Of a DNA stretch of 64,000 bases, positions 25,480 through 41,342 are shown piece after piece (position 1 is the stretch's first letter; each line of letters begins with the position of its first letter). The stretch lies in assembly GCF_009914755.1 (NCBI RefSeq), contig NC_060941.1. One strand, given 5' to 3'. The stretch comes from the human T2T-CHM13v2.0 reference genome, Homo sapiens. The notes beneath the pieces were generated by a model, which saw nothing but the letters and a program-made list of their open reading frames with translations, did no database searches and was not told where the DNA came from. Both the position numbers and the translations under genes were made by a program.

Positions 25480-26168
25480 ATGAGAAGGAACCAGAAAACC
25501 AACCCTGGTAATATAAAAAAACAAGGTCTTGGAATTAACCCAATCCAACAAAGACAAAGAAGAAATAATACAAAAATATGAACAAAGCCTCCAAGAAGTC
25601 TGAGATTATGTTAAACAACCAAACCTAAGAATAATTGGTGTTCCTGAAGAAGAAGAGAATTCTAAAAGCTTGGAAAACGTGTTTGGGGGAATAATCAAGG
25701 AAAACTTTCCTGGCCTTGCTAGAGACCTAGACATCCAAATACAAGAAGGAAAAAAAGAACATCCTGGAAATTCATCACAAAAAGATCTTCACCTAGGCAC
25801 ATTGTCATCAGGTTATCCAAATTAAGATGAAGGAAAGAATCTTAAGATCTGTGAAGCAGAAGCACCAGGTAAGCTATAAAGGAAAACCTATCAGGTTAAC
25901 GGCAGAGTTCTCAGCAGAAACCCTACAAGCTAGAAGGGATTGGGGCCCTATCTTCTGCCTCCTCAAACAAAACAATTGTCAGACAAGAATTTTGTATCCA
26001 GCAAAACTAAGCGTCAGGTATGAAGGAAAGATACAGTCTTTTTCAGATAAACAAATGCCGAGAGAATTCACCATTAACAAGCCACCACTACAAGAACTGC
26101 TAAAAGGAGCTCTAAGTCTTGAAACAAATCCTGGAAACACATCAAAACAGAACCTCTTTAAAGCATAA
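25480..26168 (+). pseudogene. L1 ORF1 remnant (internally deleted, frameshifted)
   Basis: Begins MRRNQKTN; C-terminal part ...YKGKPIRLTAEFSAETLQARRDWGPIF... is typical ORF1p; only 689 nt long. Confidence 0.9.
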
Positions 26169-26258
26169 ATCACACAGGACCTGCAAAACAAAAACACAAG
26201 TTAAAAAGCAAAAACAAAAAACCAAATAAACAAAAGTACACAGGCAACAAAGAGCATG

Positions 26259-29200
26259 ATGAATGCAACAGTACCTCACATTTTGATACTAACATTGAAT
26301 GTAAATGGCCTAAACGCTCCACTTAAAATATACAGAACCACAGAATGGATAAGAACTCACCAACCATTTGCTGCCTTCAGGAGACTCACCTAGCACATAA
26401 GGACTCACATAAAGTAAAGTGGTGAAAAAATGAATTTCAGGCAAATGGACACCAAAAGTGAACGGGGTAGCTATTCTTATATCAGACAAAACAAACTTCA
26501 AAGCAACAGCAGTTGAAAGAGACAAAGAGGGACATTATATAATGCTAAAAGGCCTTGTCCAACAGGAAAATATCACAATCCTGAACATATATGCACCTAA
26601 CACTGGAACTCTCACATTTATAAAACGATTGCTAATAGACCTAAGAAATGAGATAGACAGCAACACAATAATAGTGGGAGACTTCAGTACTCCACTGACA
26701 GCACTAGACAGGCCACCAAGACAGAAAGTCAACAAAGAAACAATGGATTTAAACTATACCTTGGAACAAATGGACTTAATAGATATATACAGAACATTTC
26801 ATCCAACAACCGCAGAATACACATTCTATTCAACAGCGCATGGAACTTTCTCCAAGATAGACCATAGGATAGGCCTAAAATGAGCCTCAATAAATTTAAG
26901 AAAATTGAAATTATATCAAGCACTCTCTCAGACCACAGTGGAATAAAGCTGGAAATCAACTCCAAAGGGAACCTTCAAAACCATGCAAATACATGGAAAT
27001 TAAATAACCTGCTCCCAAATGAGCATTGGGTCAAAAATGAAATCAAGATAGAAATTAAAAAATTCTCTGAACTCAATGACAATAATGACACAACATATCA
27101 AAACCTCTGGGATACAGCAAAAGCGGTGCTAAGAGGAAAGTTCATAGCCCTAAACGCCTACATCAAAAAGACTGAAAGAACACAAACTGACACTCTAAGG
27201 TCACGCCTCAAGGAACTAGAGAAGCAAGAACAAACCAAACCCAAACCCAGCAGAAGAAAGGAAATAATCAAGGTTAGATCAGAGCTAAATGAAATTGAAA
27301 CAAACAAACAAACAAAATACAAAAGATAAATGAAACAAAAAGCTGGTTCTTTGAAAAGATAAATAAAATCAATAGACCATTGGCAAGATTAATGAAGAAA
27401 TGAAGAGAGAAAATCCAAATAACCTCACTAAGAAATGAAACAGAGATATTACAATTGACACCACTGAAATACAAAAGGTCATTCAAGGCTACTGTGAACA
27501 CTTTTATGCACATAAACTAGAAAATCTAGAAGAGATGGGTAAATTCCTGGAAAAATACAACCCTCCTAGCTTAAATTAAGAAGAATTAGATACACTGAAC
27601 AGACCAATAACAAGCAGCAAGATTGAAATGCTAATCTAAAAATTACCAACCAAAAAAATATCCAGGACCAGGTGGATTCACAGCAAAATTCTAGCAGCCA
27701 TTCAAAGTCAGTCAAATGGTAGCAATCATTTTGACACTATTCCACAAGATAGAGAAAGAAGGAACTCTCCCTAATTCATTCTATGAAGCTAGCATCACCC
27801 TAATACCAAAACCAGGCAAGGACATAACCAGAAAAGAAAACTACAGACTGATATCCTTGACGAACACAGATGCTAAAATCCTTAACAAAGTACTAGCTAA
27901 CTGAATCCAGCAACATATCAAAAAGATAATTCACCATGATCAAGTGGGTTTCATGCCAGGGAGGCAGGGATGGTTTAACATATGCAAGTCAATAAATGTG
28001 ATATACCACATAAACAGAATTAAAAACAAAAATCACATGATCATTTCAATAGATGCAGAAAAAGCATTCAACAAAATCCAGCATCGCTTTATGATTAAAA
28101 CTCTCTGCAAAATTGGCATATAAAGGACATAGCTTAATGTAATAAAAGCCATCTATGACAAACCTACAGTCAACATAATACTGAATGGGAAAAAGTTGAA
28201 ATCATTCCCTCTGAGAATTGGAACAAGACAAGGATGTCCACTCTCACCACTACTCTTCAACATAGTACTGGAAGTCCTAGCCACAGCAATTAGATAAGAG
28301 AAAGAAAGAAAGAGCATCCAAATCCATAAACAGGAAGTCAAACTGTCACCGTTTGTTGACGATATGATTGTTCACTTTGAGAACCCTAAGGACTCCTCCA
28401 GAAAGTTCCTAAAACTGATAAAAGAATTCAGCAAAGTTTCTGGGTACAAGATTAATGTACACAAATCAGTAGCTCTTCTATACACCAACAGCAACCAAGC
28501 AGACAATCAAATCAAGAACCGAAACCCTTTTGCAATAGCTGCAAAAAAAAAAAAAGAAGAAGAAGAAGAAGAAGAAGAAAAGAAACTCAAGAATATACCT
28601 AACCAAGGAGTCAAAAGACCTCTACAAAGAAAACTACAAAACACTGCTGAAAGAAATCATAGACAACATGAACAAATGGAAACACATCCCATGCTCATGG
28701 ATGGGTAGAATCAATATTGTGAAAATGACCATACTACCAAAAGCAATCTACAAATTCAATGCAATCCCCATCAAAATACCACCATCATTCTTCACAGAAT
28801 TAGAAAACACAATTCTAAAATTCATGTGGAACCAAGAAACAGCCCACATAGCCAAAGCAAGACTAAGCAAAAAGAACAAATCTGGAGGCATCACACTACC
28901 TGATTTCAAACTATACTATACTATAAGGTCATAGTCACCAAAACAGTGTGATACTGGTACATAGATCAATGGAACAGAATAGAGAACCTAGAAATAAACC
29001 CAAATATTTACAGCCAACTGATCTTTGACAGAGCAAACAAAAACATAAAGTGGGGAAAGGACAGCCTTTTCAACAAATGGTGCTGGGATAACTGGCTAGC
29101 CACAGGTGGAAGAATGAAACTGGATCCTTATCTCTCACCTTATAGAAAAATCAACTCAAAATGGATTAAGGACTTAAACCTAAGACCTGAAACTATACAA

Positions 29201-30151
29201 ATTCTGGAAGATAACATTGGAAAAACCCTTCTGGAAATTGGCTTAGGGAAGGATTTCATGACCAAGAACCCAAAAGCAAATGCAAAAAAAAAAAAAACAA
29301 AGATAAATCGCTGGGACCTAATTAAACTAAAAAGCTTTTGCACAGCAAAAGGAACAGTCAGCAGAGTAAAGAGAACCCACAGAGTAGGAGAAAATCTTCC
29401 CCACTATACATCTATACATCCGACAATCTATACAATCTATACATCTGACAAAGGACTAATATCCAGAATCTATAATGAATTCAAACAAATCGGTAAGAAA
29501 AAAGCCAACAATCCCATCAAAACATGGGCTAAGGACATGAATAGACAATTCTCAAAAGAAGATATACAAATGGCCAACAAACATATGAAAAACTGCTCAA
29601 CATCACTAATGATCAGAGAAATCTGAATCAAAACCACAATGCGATATCACCTCATTCCTGCAAGAATGGCCATAATCAAAAAAAAAAAAAAAATCAAAAG
29701 ACTGTAGATGTTGGGGTGGATGTGGTGAACTGAGAATGCTTCTATACTGCTCGTGGGAATGTAAACTCATACAGCCGCTATGGAAAACAGTGTGGAGATT
29801 CCTTCGAGAACTAAAAGTAGAACTACCACTTGATCCAGCAATCCCACTACTAGGTATCTACCCAGAGGAAAAGAAGTCATTATTAGAAAAAGGTACTGCA
29901 CACACATTTGTAGCAGCACCATTCACAACTGCAAAATCCTGGAACCAGCCCAAATGTCCATTAATCAACAAGTGGGTAAAGAAACTGTGGTATTCCATTC
30001 CACACAATGGAATACTACACAGCCATAAAAAAGGAATGAATTAATAGCATTTGCAGTGACCTGGATGAGACTGGAGACTATTATTCTAAGTGAAGTAACT
30101 CAGGAATGGAAAACCAAACATCGTGTGTTCTCACTGATATGTGGGAGCTAA
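26259..30151 (+). pseudogene. L1 ORF2 remnant (endonuclease/reverse transcriptase), many stops and frameshifts
   Basis: [87 protein letters not shown] spread across several frames. Confidence 0.93.
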
Positions 30152-30499
30152 GCTATGAGGATGCAAAGGCATAAGAATGGAGCAATGGACTTTGGGGACT
30201 TGGGGGAAAGAGTGGGAGGAGGGCAAGGAACAGAAGACTACAAATATGGTTCAGTACACACTGCACATGTGATAGGTGCACAAAAATCTCACAAATCACC
30301 ACTAAAGAACTTACTCATGTAACCAAATACCACCTGTACCCCAATAACTTATGACAAAAATTAAATAAAAAATTCAAGTTAAGAAAATAATACTATTTAC
30401 AACATAAAAATAAAAGTCCAAACACATTTAAAAATATATATATGGTATAGGTAAAAAAGGGAAATTTTATTTCTTCAATTATAAACCTTAAATACTCAA

Positions 30500-30675
30500 A
30501 CTTGTTTATATATCAGTTACATATATAATTGTTATATAATCAGTTATATATATAACTGATGTTTATATATAACAGTTATATATATAATATGTATTACATA
30601 TAAGCACATATACAAGATATATGTTATATATATCACTATACATCTATCAGTAAAAGATGTATACATATATACATA
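30500..30675. repeat. TA-rich low-complexity repeat
   Basis: Degenerate (TA)n with repeated CAGTTATATAT units. Confidence 0.85.
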
Positions 30676-32663
30676 CTTTTCATATGTGAACTATGAGAAC
30701 AAAATGAGAATATCTGATTCATGGATAGAGTCTGTTTGTCTTTAAGGGTGGGAAAAATGGGAAACCTATTAACATTTTGATATCTCCTTTGAGCATCCTG
30801 TAGGCATTTTCTTACCAAAAAAAATTAAATTTCTATTCAGTTAGTGCTATTCTTGGCTTAATATTTTAGTCTATGTTGTTTTTCTTTAAACTGCAACCTA
30901 TACATGCAATAGTAGCAGGTAATTCTGCGAAGAGATTGACAGTAAAAGGTGTTTCTAATTGGAAGAGGAAAGGTGGTTTCAATTTAATGAATAAACTCCA
31001 TTTCTACACTCTTTCCCCTTCTCAAATTTGACATCCAAAAATGAGTTTGGTTTAAGGCACACACTTGTCTTCTACTCTTTCCCTCACACCTGTTGTGGAG
31101 TAGATAAAGGTGTGAAAAATGTGAGTCCACTGGAGTCATACAGTTCTAAAAAGTGGTTAAGGGCAATAGGTGTCAAACAGAGCTGTGATTGTATTAAAAA
31201 TATATATATATATATGACTACTTTAACTCTGTCATATATCTCTCTTGTTCATATATTCTGTGTAGCATTTGATTCTGTGGAGAAGACAATACATTTCAAT
31301 TACTTAGTGTGTTGATAGAAAATTCTTGTTGGGGGGGAATCTACACTAGACAGTGTCTAGTGAATTTAGTCTGACAATTTAAATAATATTAAAACTAATC
31401 ATTAATGCAATGCCAAAACTACTGAAAACTATGCTGGTCTCTTGAAATAATGCTTATTTTGAAATAAACTTTAAAATGATCTACAAAGTAATTTAAGTAA
31501 ATTTATTAAAATGTTCACAATGTCACCCAGTTTTATTTTATTTTGTTTTATTCTATTTGGGGGAGGATGAACTATATGGTGAAGAATAACCCAGTTTGAC
31601 TACTATTTTCTGATAAAACTCAACAAAGCTTTAGAAGAAAATTATATATATTCCCAGACTCAAATCTAATTCTGATATCAAGGTTATATATTTTTTGCAA
31701 GAGGAGTGTAGAGAAAAACAAACAGATGTTGCAACATATGAAGATTTGCCTTCCCTAGCAGAGTGTGAATTTCCTTTTGAGCTATACTAATTTATTTGCA
31801 TCTGCTGGAGAGGTGCAGGAATTATCTGACCACTGTTTATCTAGAAAAAGACCACAGTAGTGTTGCTATTATGGCATGAAACTGTTTCACATTTAGTTAA
31901 CTGTTTAGAATCGGTCTGCTGAACTGAATCCTCACATACAGAGTTATAATTTTCACATTTTGTTTTATTTTTCCAAACCGGTCTGTAATGTTAAGAAGGA
32001 AAGGAAGGTTATTGGAGGGAAAAGCTTATGGAGGAGTGTGGAGGTAAGAAAGTAGTTGGCACATCTGAGAACAAAAGGGCCAGTGTGTCTAAGCAAAGAT
32101 CTCCCAAGTAGAGTACAGGGGTAAGCAGAACAATCTATTGGAGTGCAGGAAGAAACAGAGTATGTATTCATGTTTATATTTTATTTATAAATGAGTCAAT
32201 GAACTTGCTGATACTAAATATAGAGATGAATATGAGTGTCTTCCCAAGTCACCTGTCATTTGTGGTTATAATTTATAGGTTGACATGAGTACGTGTCAGT
32301 TATACATCATGTGCAGTCTGAATAGTGTCCTAAGGGAAGAAAGAACGTAGGCTCCCGCGTGCAAAAGTGTCATCATCCACTGTCTTTCAAGTAACCGCAA
32401 AGCATTGTGTCAGTAAATATGCTTGTGTAAGCAAAGCTACACATTATATTGCCTGCTTTTAACTAATGCGACCCTCATAAAATGGACACATGGCTTAAGA
32501 TTATTCCTCCAAGGAAGCCACAGATAGACTATCTTGCCTAGAATCCTGCCTTTGCCGCTTATGAGATGTACTTGAATGCTTAAACAGTGCGCATCTCTGA
32601 GTTTCTCCTGTCTGAAATCAAACATTGGCATATTTCTCAAGGATTGTGGTGGAGATTAGATGG

Positions 32664-33016
32664 TGATATGATTTGTCTGTGTCCCCACCCAATTCTCATC
32701 TTGAATTATAACAATCCCCATGTGTCAAGGGCAGGGCCAGGTGGAGATAACTGAATCATAGGGGTGGTTTCCCCCATACTTTTATTGTCTTAGTGAATAA
32801 GTTTCATGAGATCTGATAGTTTTATAAATGGGAGTTCCCCTGCACAAGCTCTCTTGCCTGCAGCCGTGTAAGACATGTCTTGCTTCCCCTTTGCTTTCCA
32901 CCATGATTGTGAGGGCTCCCCAACCATGAGGAACTGTGAGTCCATTAAATCTTTCCTTTATAAATTACCCAGTCCTGGGTATGTCCATATTAGCAGCATG
33001 AGAACAGATTAATATA
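32664..33016 (+). mobile_element. THE1 (THE1C-like) solo LTR inserted in a MIR
   Basis: TGATATGATTTGTCTGTGTCCCCACCC...GAACAGATTAATATA; 5-bp TSD GATGG/GATGG. Confidence 0.93.
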
Positions 33017-33199
33017 GATGGTCTAGCATATGTTAGCCTCTTAGAACAGTACATCTTAGAACAGTACATAGTACATGCTATGGTTAGTTGCTATCACCTC
33101 TACTACTATTATATTTACTAGTGAATATAGGAATCAGCAAAAGAGGAATGACAGAGCCCAAATTGCCTTTACTCTGAGCACAAAGTTTTCATCAAGCAT

Positions 33200-33647
33200 T
33201 GTATTAATCAGGGTTCTCAGGGAAACAGAACAAGTAGGTTACACGTACAAACACACACCCCCCCACACACACATCTGTACAAATCACTTACATAAAGACA
33301 GAGATTTTAAGAAATTGGCTCACATGATGGTGGAGGCTGGCAAGTCTCAAATCCACAGGGCAGACTGGAGACCCAGGGAAAAGTTGAGCCTGCATTGTCA
33401 TGTTTGAAGACAGTCTGGAAGAATTCCTTCTTTCTGGGGCTCCTCAGTCTTGTTTCTTAAGGCTTTCAACTGATTGTATGAAGCCCACTCACACTAGGGA
33501 GAGTATTCTATTTCACTCAAAGTCTACTAGTTAATTTAAATATGAATCACATGTAACGTACTCTCGCAGCAACATCTACCCTGGTGTTTGGCCAAACATC
33601 TGGACACCATCGTCTAGCCAAGTTGACACATAAAAATAACTATCACA
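33200..33647 (-). mobile_element. MLT2 (MLT2D-like) ERVL solo LTR
   Basis: TGTATTAATCAGGGTTCTC...CTAGCCAAGTTGACACATAAAAATAACTATCACA. Confidence 0.88.
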
Positions 33648-33881
33648 GGCATATTACACGTCAAAAACCATAAGAAGCTAATCAGGATTATCTATGCTGT
33701 CATGTGTTCATTTGCTCTTCATTCATTTGTAAAGAAAGAAAATGGTCTGTCAAGCTCCTTCTGTAAGTTGGTATGTCATTCTAGGTTCCGAGGACACAAC
33801 ATCAAACAAAATAGATTAGTTCCTGGATTGTGGAGGTTATGTTCTGGAGGTGGTAGATAAACAAGAAGCAAATAAATAATT

Positions 33882-33968
33882 GGCTGAAGTGGGAGAATTG
33901 CTTGAGCCTTGGAGTTCAAGACCAGCCTGGGCAACATAGTGAGACCCCACCTCTAAGGAAGAAAATAA
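33882..33968 (+). mobile_element. 5'-truncated FLAM / Alu left monomer
   Basis: TTGCTTGAGCCTTGGAGTTCAAGACCAGCCTGGGCAACATAGTGAGACCCC. Confidence 0.85.
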
Positions 33969-33969
33969 T

Positions 33970-35317
<1,348 letters not shown>

Positions 35318-35879
35318 GAAAAATAAAATTTAATTGGCATACACAAATGTGCGTACATCAGGGTAGTTGCAGTGATGTGCAGAGTAAAGAGAATAGGAAA
35401 TGCAATGGGTAGGAAGGTATCTGCTGTCAATAGAAGCTTTGAGAGCAGAGACCTAAAGGATATGAGAGAACTATCCATGCAGGCAGTACAGAGAAGAGCA
35501 TTCCAAGCAGAGAGAAGAATAAGAAATAAATGTTCTTGATGTGTCCAAGGATATGCAAGGAGGTCAGTGTGGCTGGAGTTGAGCCTGCTGGGAAGAGATG
35601 GATACTCAATACAAAGGAGAGTGAAGTAAGGTCATGTACAAACTTGTAGGCCATTGCATGGTGGTGGTGGTGATAGGGATAGAGAATTTTGAGCAGAGGA
35701 GAGACATATCTGATTTACCTTATAAAAGTGAATGACTCTGAGTATTGTGTGACCAACAGATTCTGTGGGGACTGCAGAGAGACAGCAGGCTATGGCATTA
35801 ATACATGTGAGGTGATGGTGACTTGGACTAAAGTGACAGTAGTGATGGTAAAGGACATTGCTCAGATTTCAGACATATA

Positions 35880-36195
35880 GACACATGGCTCAAGATGATT
35901 CCTACAAAGGATCCACAGATAGACTGTCCTGCAAAAGTTGATGGTGCATTCTCAAGTCTGAAGACAGTAGGGAGGCAGAATTCCTTCTTTATGGGGGTGC
36001 TCAGTCTTTTTTCTTGAGGCTTTCAACTGATCGGATGAAGCCCACCCACACTGGGGACAGCAGTCTACTTTACTCAAAGTCTACTAATTCAAATATCACA
36101 TCTTTACAAAGGTACTATCACAGCAACACCTACCCTGATGTTTGAGCAAACATCTGGATGCCGTAATCTAGCCACACTGACACATAACACACATA
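35880..36195 (-). mobile_element. Second MLT2 (MLT2D-like) LTR fragment
   Basis: GGCTTTCAACTGATCGGATGAAGCCCACCCAC...CTTTACTCAAAGTCTACT. Confidence 0.8.
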
Positions 36196-37257
36196 AGATG
36201 TTCTGAAGGTACAGTCAGAAAGATTGATGAATGGATAGGATATGGTTTATGAAACTAAAGAGAAGTCAAGGATCTCTCTGTGGCTCTTAGACTGAACAAA
36301 GGGAAGATTAAAGTTGCTAATTACCGATAGGGCAACAAATGAGGAAGAAGTCATGGAGATCAGAAATATGGAATTTTGTCTGGAGCTGTTAACAATGTGA
36401 TGCCTGACAGACACAGACGTGGAGGTGCTGAGTCAATATTTTTCTAGAATAATCTAGAGACCAGTGGAGAGGACCAGGCTTGAGATGTAACTGTGTACAT
36501 TGACATTCAGGTGGAAAGTCATGAGCATGGATGAGATCAACTAAGATAAAAGTGCAGATTCAATTTCTTATTGGGTGCTGGTATATTCTGTCATTTAGAG
36601 AGGTCTGAGAGAAGAGACAGAACCAGAAAAGTAGACAAGGCATCAGAAAGTGAGTTTGGAAGAAACTGAGAGAATGGTTTTCCAGGAAGTCAGGTGAAGA
36701 AAACATGTCAATGAGGAGAAAATGGCCAACCATTTCAAGGGCTGCTGGGTGGTCAATACCATGTGGACTAAGAATTGGTCAATGGATTTAGAAGCATGAG
36801 GTTCATTGGTGACCTTGGCAAGTGCAACTTCAGTGGAGCTGTGGTCAAGCTAGAGGAGGGACTAAAGAGAGTGTGTACAGAAAACTCCTTGGAGGAGCTT
36901 TGCGGTAAAGAAGAGTAGAAATATTGGTCTATACAGGAGTCAAGGGATGTTTTTGTTTTGGTTATCAAAGAGCAGATATTACAGATTGTGTATATGCTTA
37001 TGGAAATAATTCAGCAGAAATGGAGGGAGAACATCAATCTAGAAAGAGGACAAACAATTCCTTGAGGTATGACTTGATAAGGGGAGAAGGGATGGGAACA
37101 GAAGGAGTTGTGCTTGAATAGGAGCACTGAGTCCAGAGCACTGAGTCCTTTTCTTATTAGAAGGATGGAGGCAGAGCATCTGTGCACAAATGCAAACAAC
37201 TTGTTAGAAGTGGCAGCAGACACCGTCACCTTGGTCCCATTAAAAACATTGTTTGTT

Positions 37258-37430
37258 AGCTAGAAAGAGGATATCAAATGTTCCCAACACAAAGAAATCA
37301 TAAGTGTTTGAGATAATGTATATACTCACTACCCTTTCTGATCACAATACATTCTATGTATCAAAATATTACTAGGTACCCCATAAACATGTATGACTGT
37401 TGTGTGTTAAGATAATGAAATAAAATATAT
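37258..37430 (+). mobile_element. L1MA 3'-end fragment
   Basis: AATGTTCCCAACACAAAGAAAT...GTACCCCATAAACATGTA. Confidence 0.8.
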
Positions 37431-38534
37431 AAAATTTCATTATTTCTATTCTAGCTAATATTAATGTATTGATCAGAATAAAAAGGGTATGTGTGTGTGT
37501 GTGCTGTTAATACTAAGGGATAAACCTTTAAAATATGTATATTTTATTCAGCTTATATTTAAAATGTTTTGAGTGTATTTATTAATGTACTTATGAATAA
37601 ATATACAGATAGGCTTATATTTTAAATAAATGAAATTGTATCAAGGAATAATTTCAAAATGTATTATTGATAGGGGTTTGTTAGCATAGGATTTTTAAGA
37701 CTACAACTGTGGAATGTAAATTGTGTGGGGGTTGGATGGGTGTGTAGAGGGGGGTGTTAAAAGTTAATAATTAAAAGTTAGAAATCTTATTTTTAAAAGT
37801 TAAGGAAAGTTAAGAAAGTCTTTTAAGACTGGCAAGGAGTTTGTGTATTATCCTATTTGGGGTAAGGAGATATCAGAGAGTTTGAGAACTAGCATGATAG
37901 GATCCCATTTGAGTTTTGAAAAGTTTATTTCATAGAGAAAAATTATGAGGCTTCTTTGATATTAGTAACAGAAGAGGGAAGGCAGAAGAGAGAGGAGAAA
38001 GAGAAATAGAGAGAAAAGAGAGAGAATGGTGAGGAGGAGGACCTGAATTTAGGAAATATTAATAACAGTAATATTTGGGGAGGAATAAAACAGATGACAA
38101 AAATTCAGAAGGCATTGGTGGTATTTATTAAGATAAGCAAAATGGAATAAGAAAAATTTGGCAGGAAGCGGTGGAAGAGGTAAATGATTCATTTATTTTT
38201 GTATATATTCCTTTCAAAATTCCTGTGGCCAACCCCAGTTGGTATACTCAGCAGGCAGCATGTGAAGTGAATATCTGAAACCCGGAAGAGGATTCTGGTA
38301 TAGAAATGTTAGAGTCACTAGTTTAACCTGAGAAATCGCATTCAGCTCTAATTCTGAAGCTGATATCTGTCCTTCCTGTCCATGTTATTATACTTTACTA
38401 CATATTCATATCCACAAATAATAATGGTTATGTTTTGATTTTTAAATAATTTGCATGAATGGCACCAATATGTATGCTTCCTTTGACAAGATGTGTTTAC
38501 GCTCAATATCATGCTGATACATATTGATCTGGTT

Positions 38535-38910
38535 CAGAGATTGGCAAACTGTGGCCCATAGGCCAAAATTTAACCCACCATTAGTTTTTGTACAGATTTC
38601 AGGCCCAGAAAGTATTTTTAAATTTTAAAATTTGCAATCAATTTGATGATAAGAAATGCTAACTTTGAACCCCAACTTAATAAAATTGTATCCCCAAAAG
38701 GAAATCTTATTCTCATTAGTAGAACTGTCTTATAAACAAATAAACAAGAAAACAAACTAAAAACCAAAAATCTTTCAATTTTTATGATTATATTTCGAAT
38801 TTTACTAACCCCAAAGTTGTGGAAATTTGCTTTTTCTCTTGTTAAATAAGTATTTACATAATATCCTCAACTCACATCTTTTTTTTCAACTCACATCTTG
38901 ACCAAAAAAG
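38535..38910. mobile_element. hAT-Charlie element (Charlie4-like)
   Basis: CAGAGATTGGCAAACTGTGGCCCATAGGCCAAA terminus; TTTGATGATAAGAAATGCTAACTTTGAACCCCAA. Confidence 0.7.
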
Positions 38911-39131
38911 CCCCAAAGAGTAAACCTGATCAAGTTAATTTATCAATTTTGGTGATTGATGTTTTCCCACATTGTAAGTACACTACAATTTATCTATTGA
39001 TTACTTAATGAATGAGTTGTTTTCTATTTATGCCATTAAAAATTTCTTATTTGAACCCCGAATAACTTAGAAACATGTCTAGTTTTCAAAATCTAATTTT
39101 AGATTTATTATTCTATCCAGAATGTCATACA

Positions 39132-39905
<774 letters not shown>

Positions 39906-40246
39906 GTTGAAATTATATATTATGTAGCCTTCTCAGACTGACTTCTTTCATTTAGCAATATGTATTTAAGATTTTTCCATGTGTCTTGGTGGCTTGATAG
40001 CTCATTTCTTTTTATTGATGAATAGTATTCCATTGTGTGGATGTACCCCAGTTTGTTTATTCATTCACCTGTTAAAGAGCATCCTGGTTTCCAGTTAGCA
40101 ATAATTATAAATAAAGCTGCTATAAATATCTATGTGCAGGTTTTTGTGTGAACATAACATTTTCAACTAATCTGTGTAAATACCAAGGAGCCTGACTGCT
40201 GAATCATAAGGTAAGAGTGTATTTAGCTTTGGATTCAAACTGTCCA

Positions 40247-40671
40247 CTATGGTTTAGATATGGTTTGCTTGGCCCCACTATGTTTCATGTTGAAATTTGG
40301 TCCCCAGTGTTAAAGTAGGGCCTGGTGTGTGGTGTTGAGTTGGGAAGGGTGCAGATCCCTCATGAATGGCTTGGTGCCATTTCTTCATTTGTGCAGGAGT
40401 GAATTCTCACTCTCAGTCACTGTGAGAACTAGTTGTTGAAAAAAGCCTTGCACCACCTCCTCTCTCTCTCTTGTTTTTTCTCTCATCATGCGGTCTCTAC
40501 ACATGAGCTACCCTTTGCCTTCTGCCATGAATAGAAGCTTCCAGATGCTTAAAAGCAGATCCTGGCACCATGCTTCTAGTACAGCCTGCAAAACTGTGAG
40601 CCAAATGAACCTCTTTTTTTAACAAATCACCCAGCCTCAGGTATTTCTTTATAGCAAGACAAAAATTGACT
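40247..40671 (+). mobile_element. MST (MSTB-like) MaLR solo LTR
   Basis: CTATGGTTTAGATATGGTTTG...CAGCCTCAGGTATTTCTTTATAGCAA. Confidence 0.85.
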
Positions 40672-41342
40672 GTCAAACTTTTTGTTAAAGTGGCTGTACC
40701 GTTTTGCATTCCCACCAGTCAAGAATGAGCATTCTGATGCTCTACATTATTGCAACTTTTAGTATTGTCAGTTTTCTGGATTTATTCTAGTAGGTGTGTA
40801 GTGGTATTTCATTGTTGTTTTAATTTGTAATTCTGTAATGACATATGTTGAGCAAATTTTTTTATTAATAGGCTCTGTTTTTTAGGGAGAGGATCATAAA
40901 TTTATTAACTGGTATAATTTTAATTTCTCATGGAATAATTTGACCAGAGAGGCAGTAAGTTTACTGTCCCAATTTGCACTGGTGGATGAGTTTTGCGTGT
41001 TTTCACTTCCCAAGGATTAAATTCTTTCCAGATATTTGGCTTATGTGGGAATCTCAGAATCAACTCTGTCCAGTGGGTCCAAAGCCACACCTTCTTCCTC
41101 GGGGTGGGCTATAGACCTCCAGAGAGCACCTAGGATGCTGTAGTGTTGACACATGTGACTCCATTTTTGGTTTGGTGCTCTCCTTGATTTTTGGAATTGG
41201 GCTTTGCCATTCTTTCTCTCATAACTAGGTATCTGTTCAATAAAGTATTATTGATATGTGGCCTCACTCTTTATGTGGTAGAAACTGAATTTCTTTTTCA
41301 AAAGTACCTAGAATATAATTGTTTTAAAAGAAAATCAATGAG

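Larger units (their letters stand above)
24033..30372 (+). mobile_element. Full-length, inactive LINE-1 (L1PB1-like)
   Basis: ~1.45-kb L1PB-type 5' UTR, ORF1 and ORF2 remnants, L1PB-type 3' UTR (GCTAAGCTATGAGGATGCAAAGGCATAAG...GTAACCAAATACCACCTGTACCCC), A-rich tail. Confidence 0.95.

Noticed and set aside
26259-30151. Active L1 reverse transcriptase
   Set aside because: ORF2 is broken into many frames by stops and indels, and ORF1 is deleted.
31344-31362. Palindrome CACTAGACA-G-TGTCTAGTG (also the 10-bp-arm palindrome at 51724-51745)
   Set aside because: Isolated 9-10 bp inverted repeats occur by chance or small template switches in 64 kb; no supporting context.
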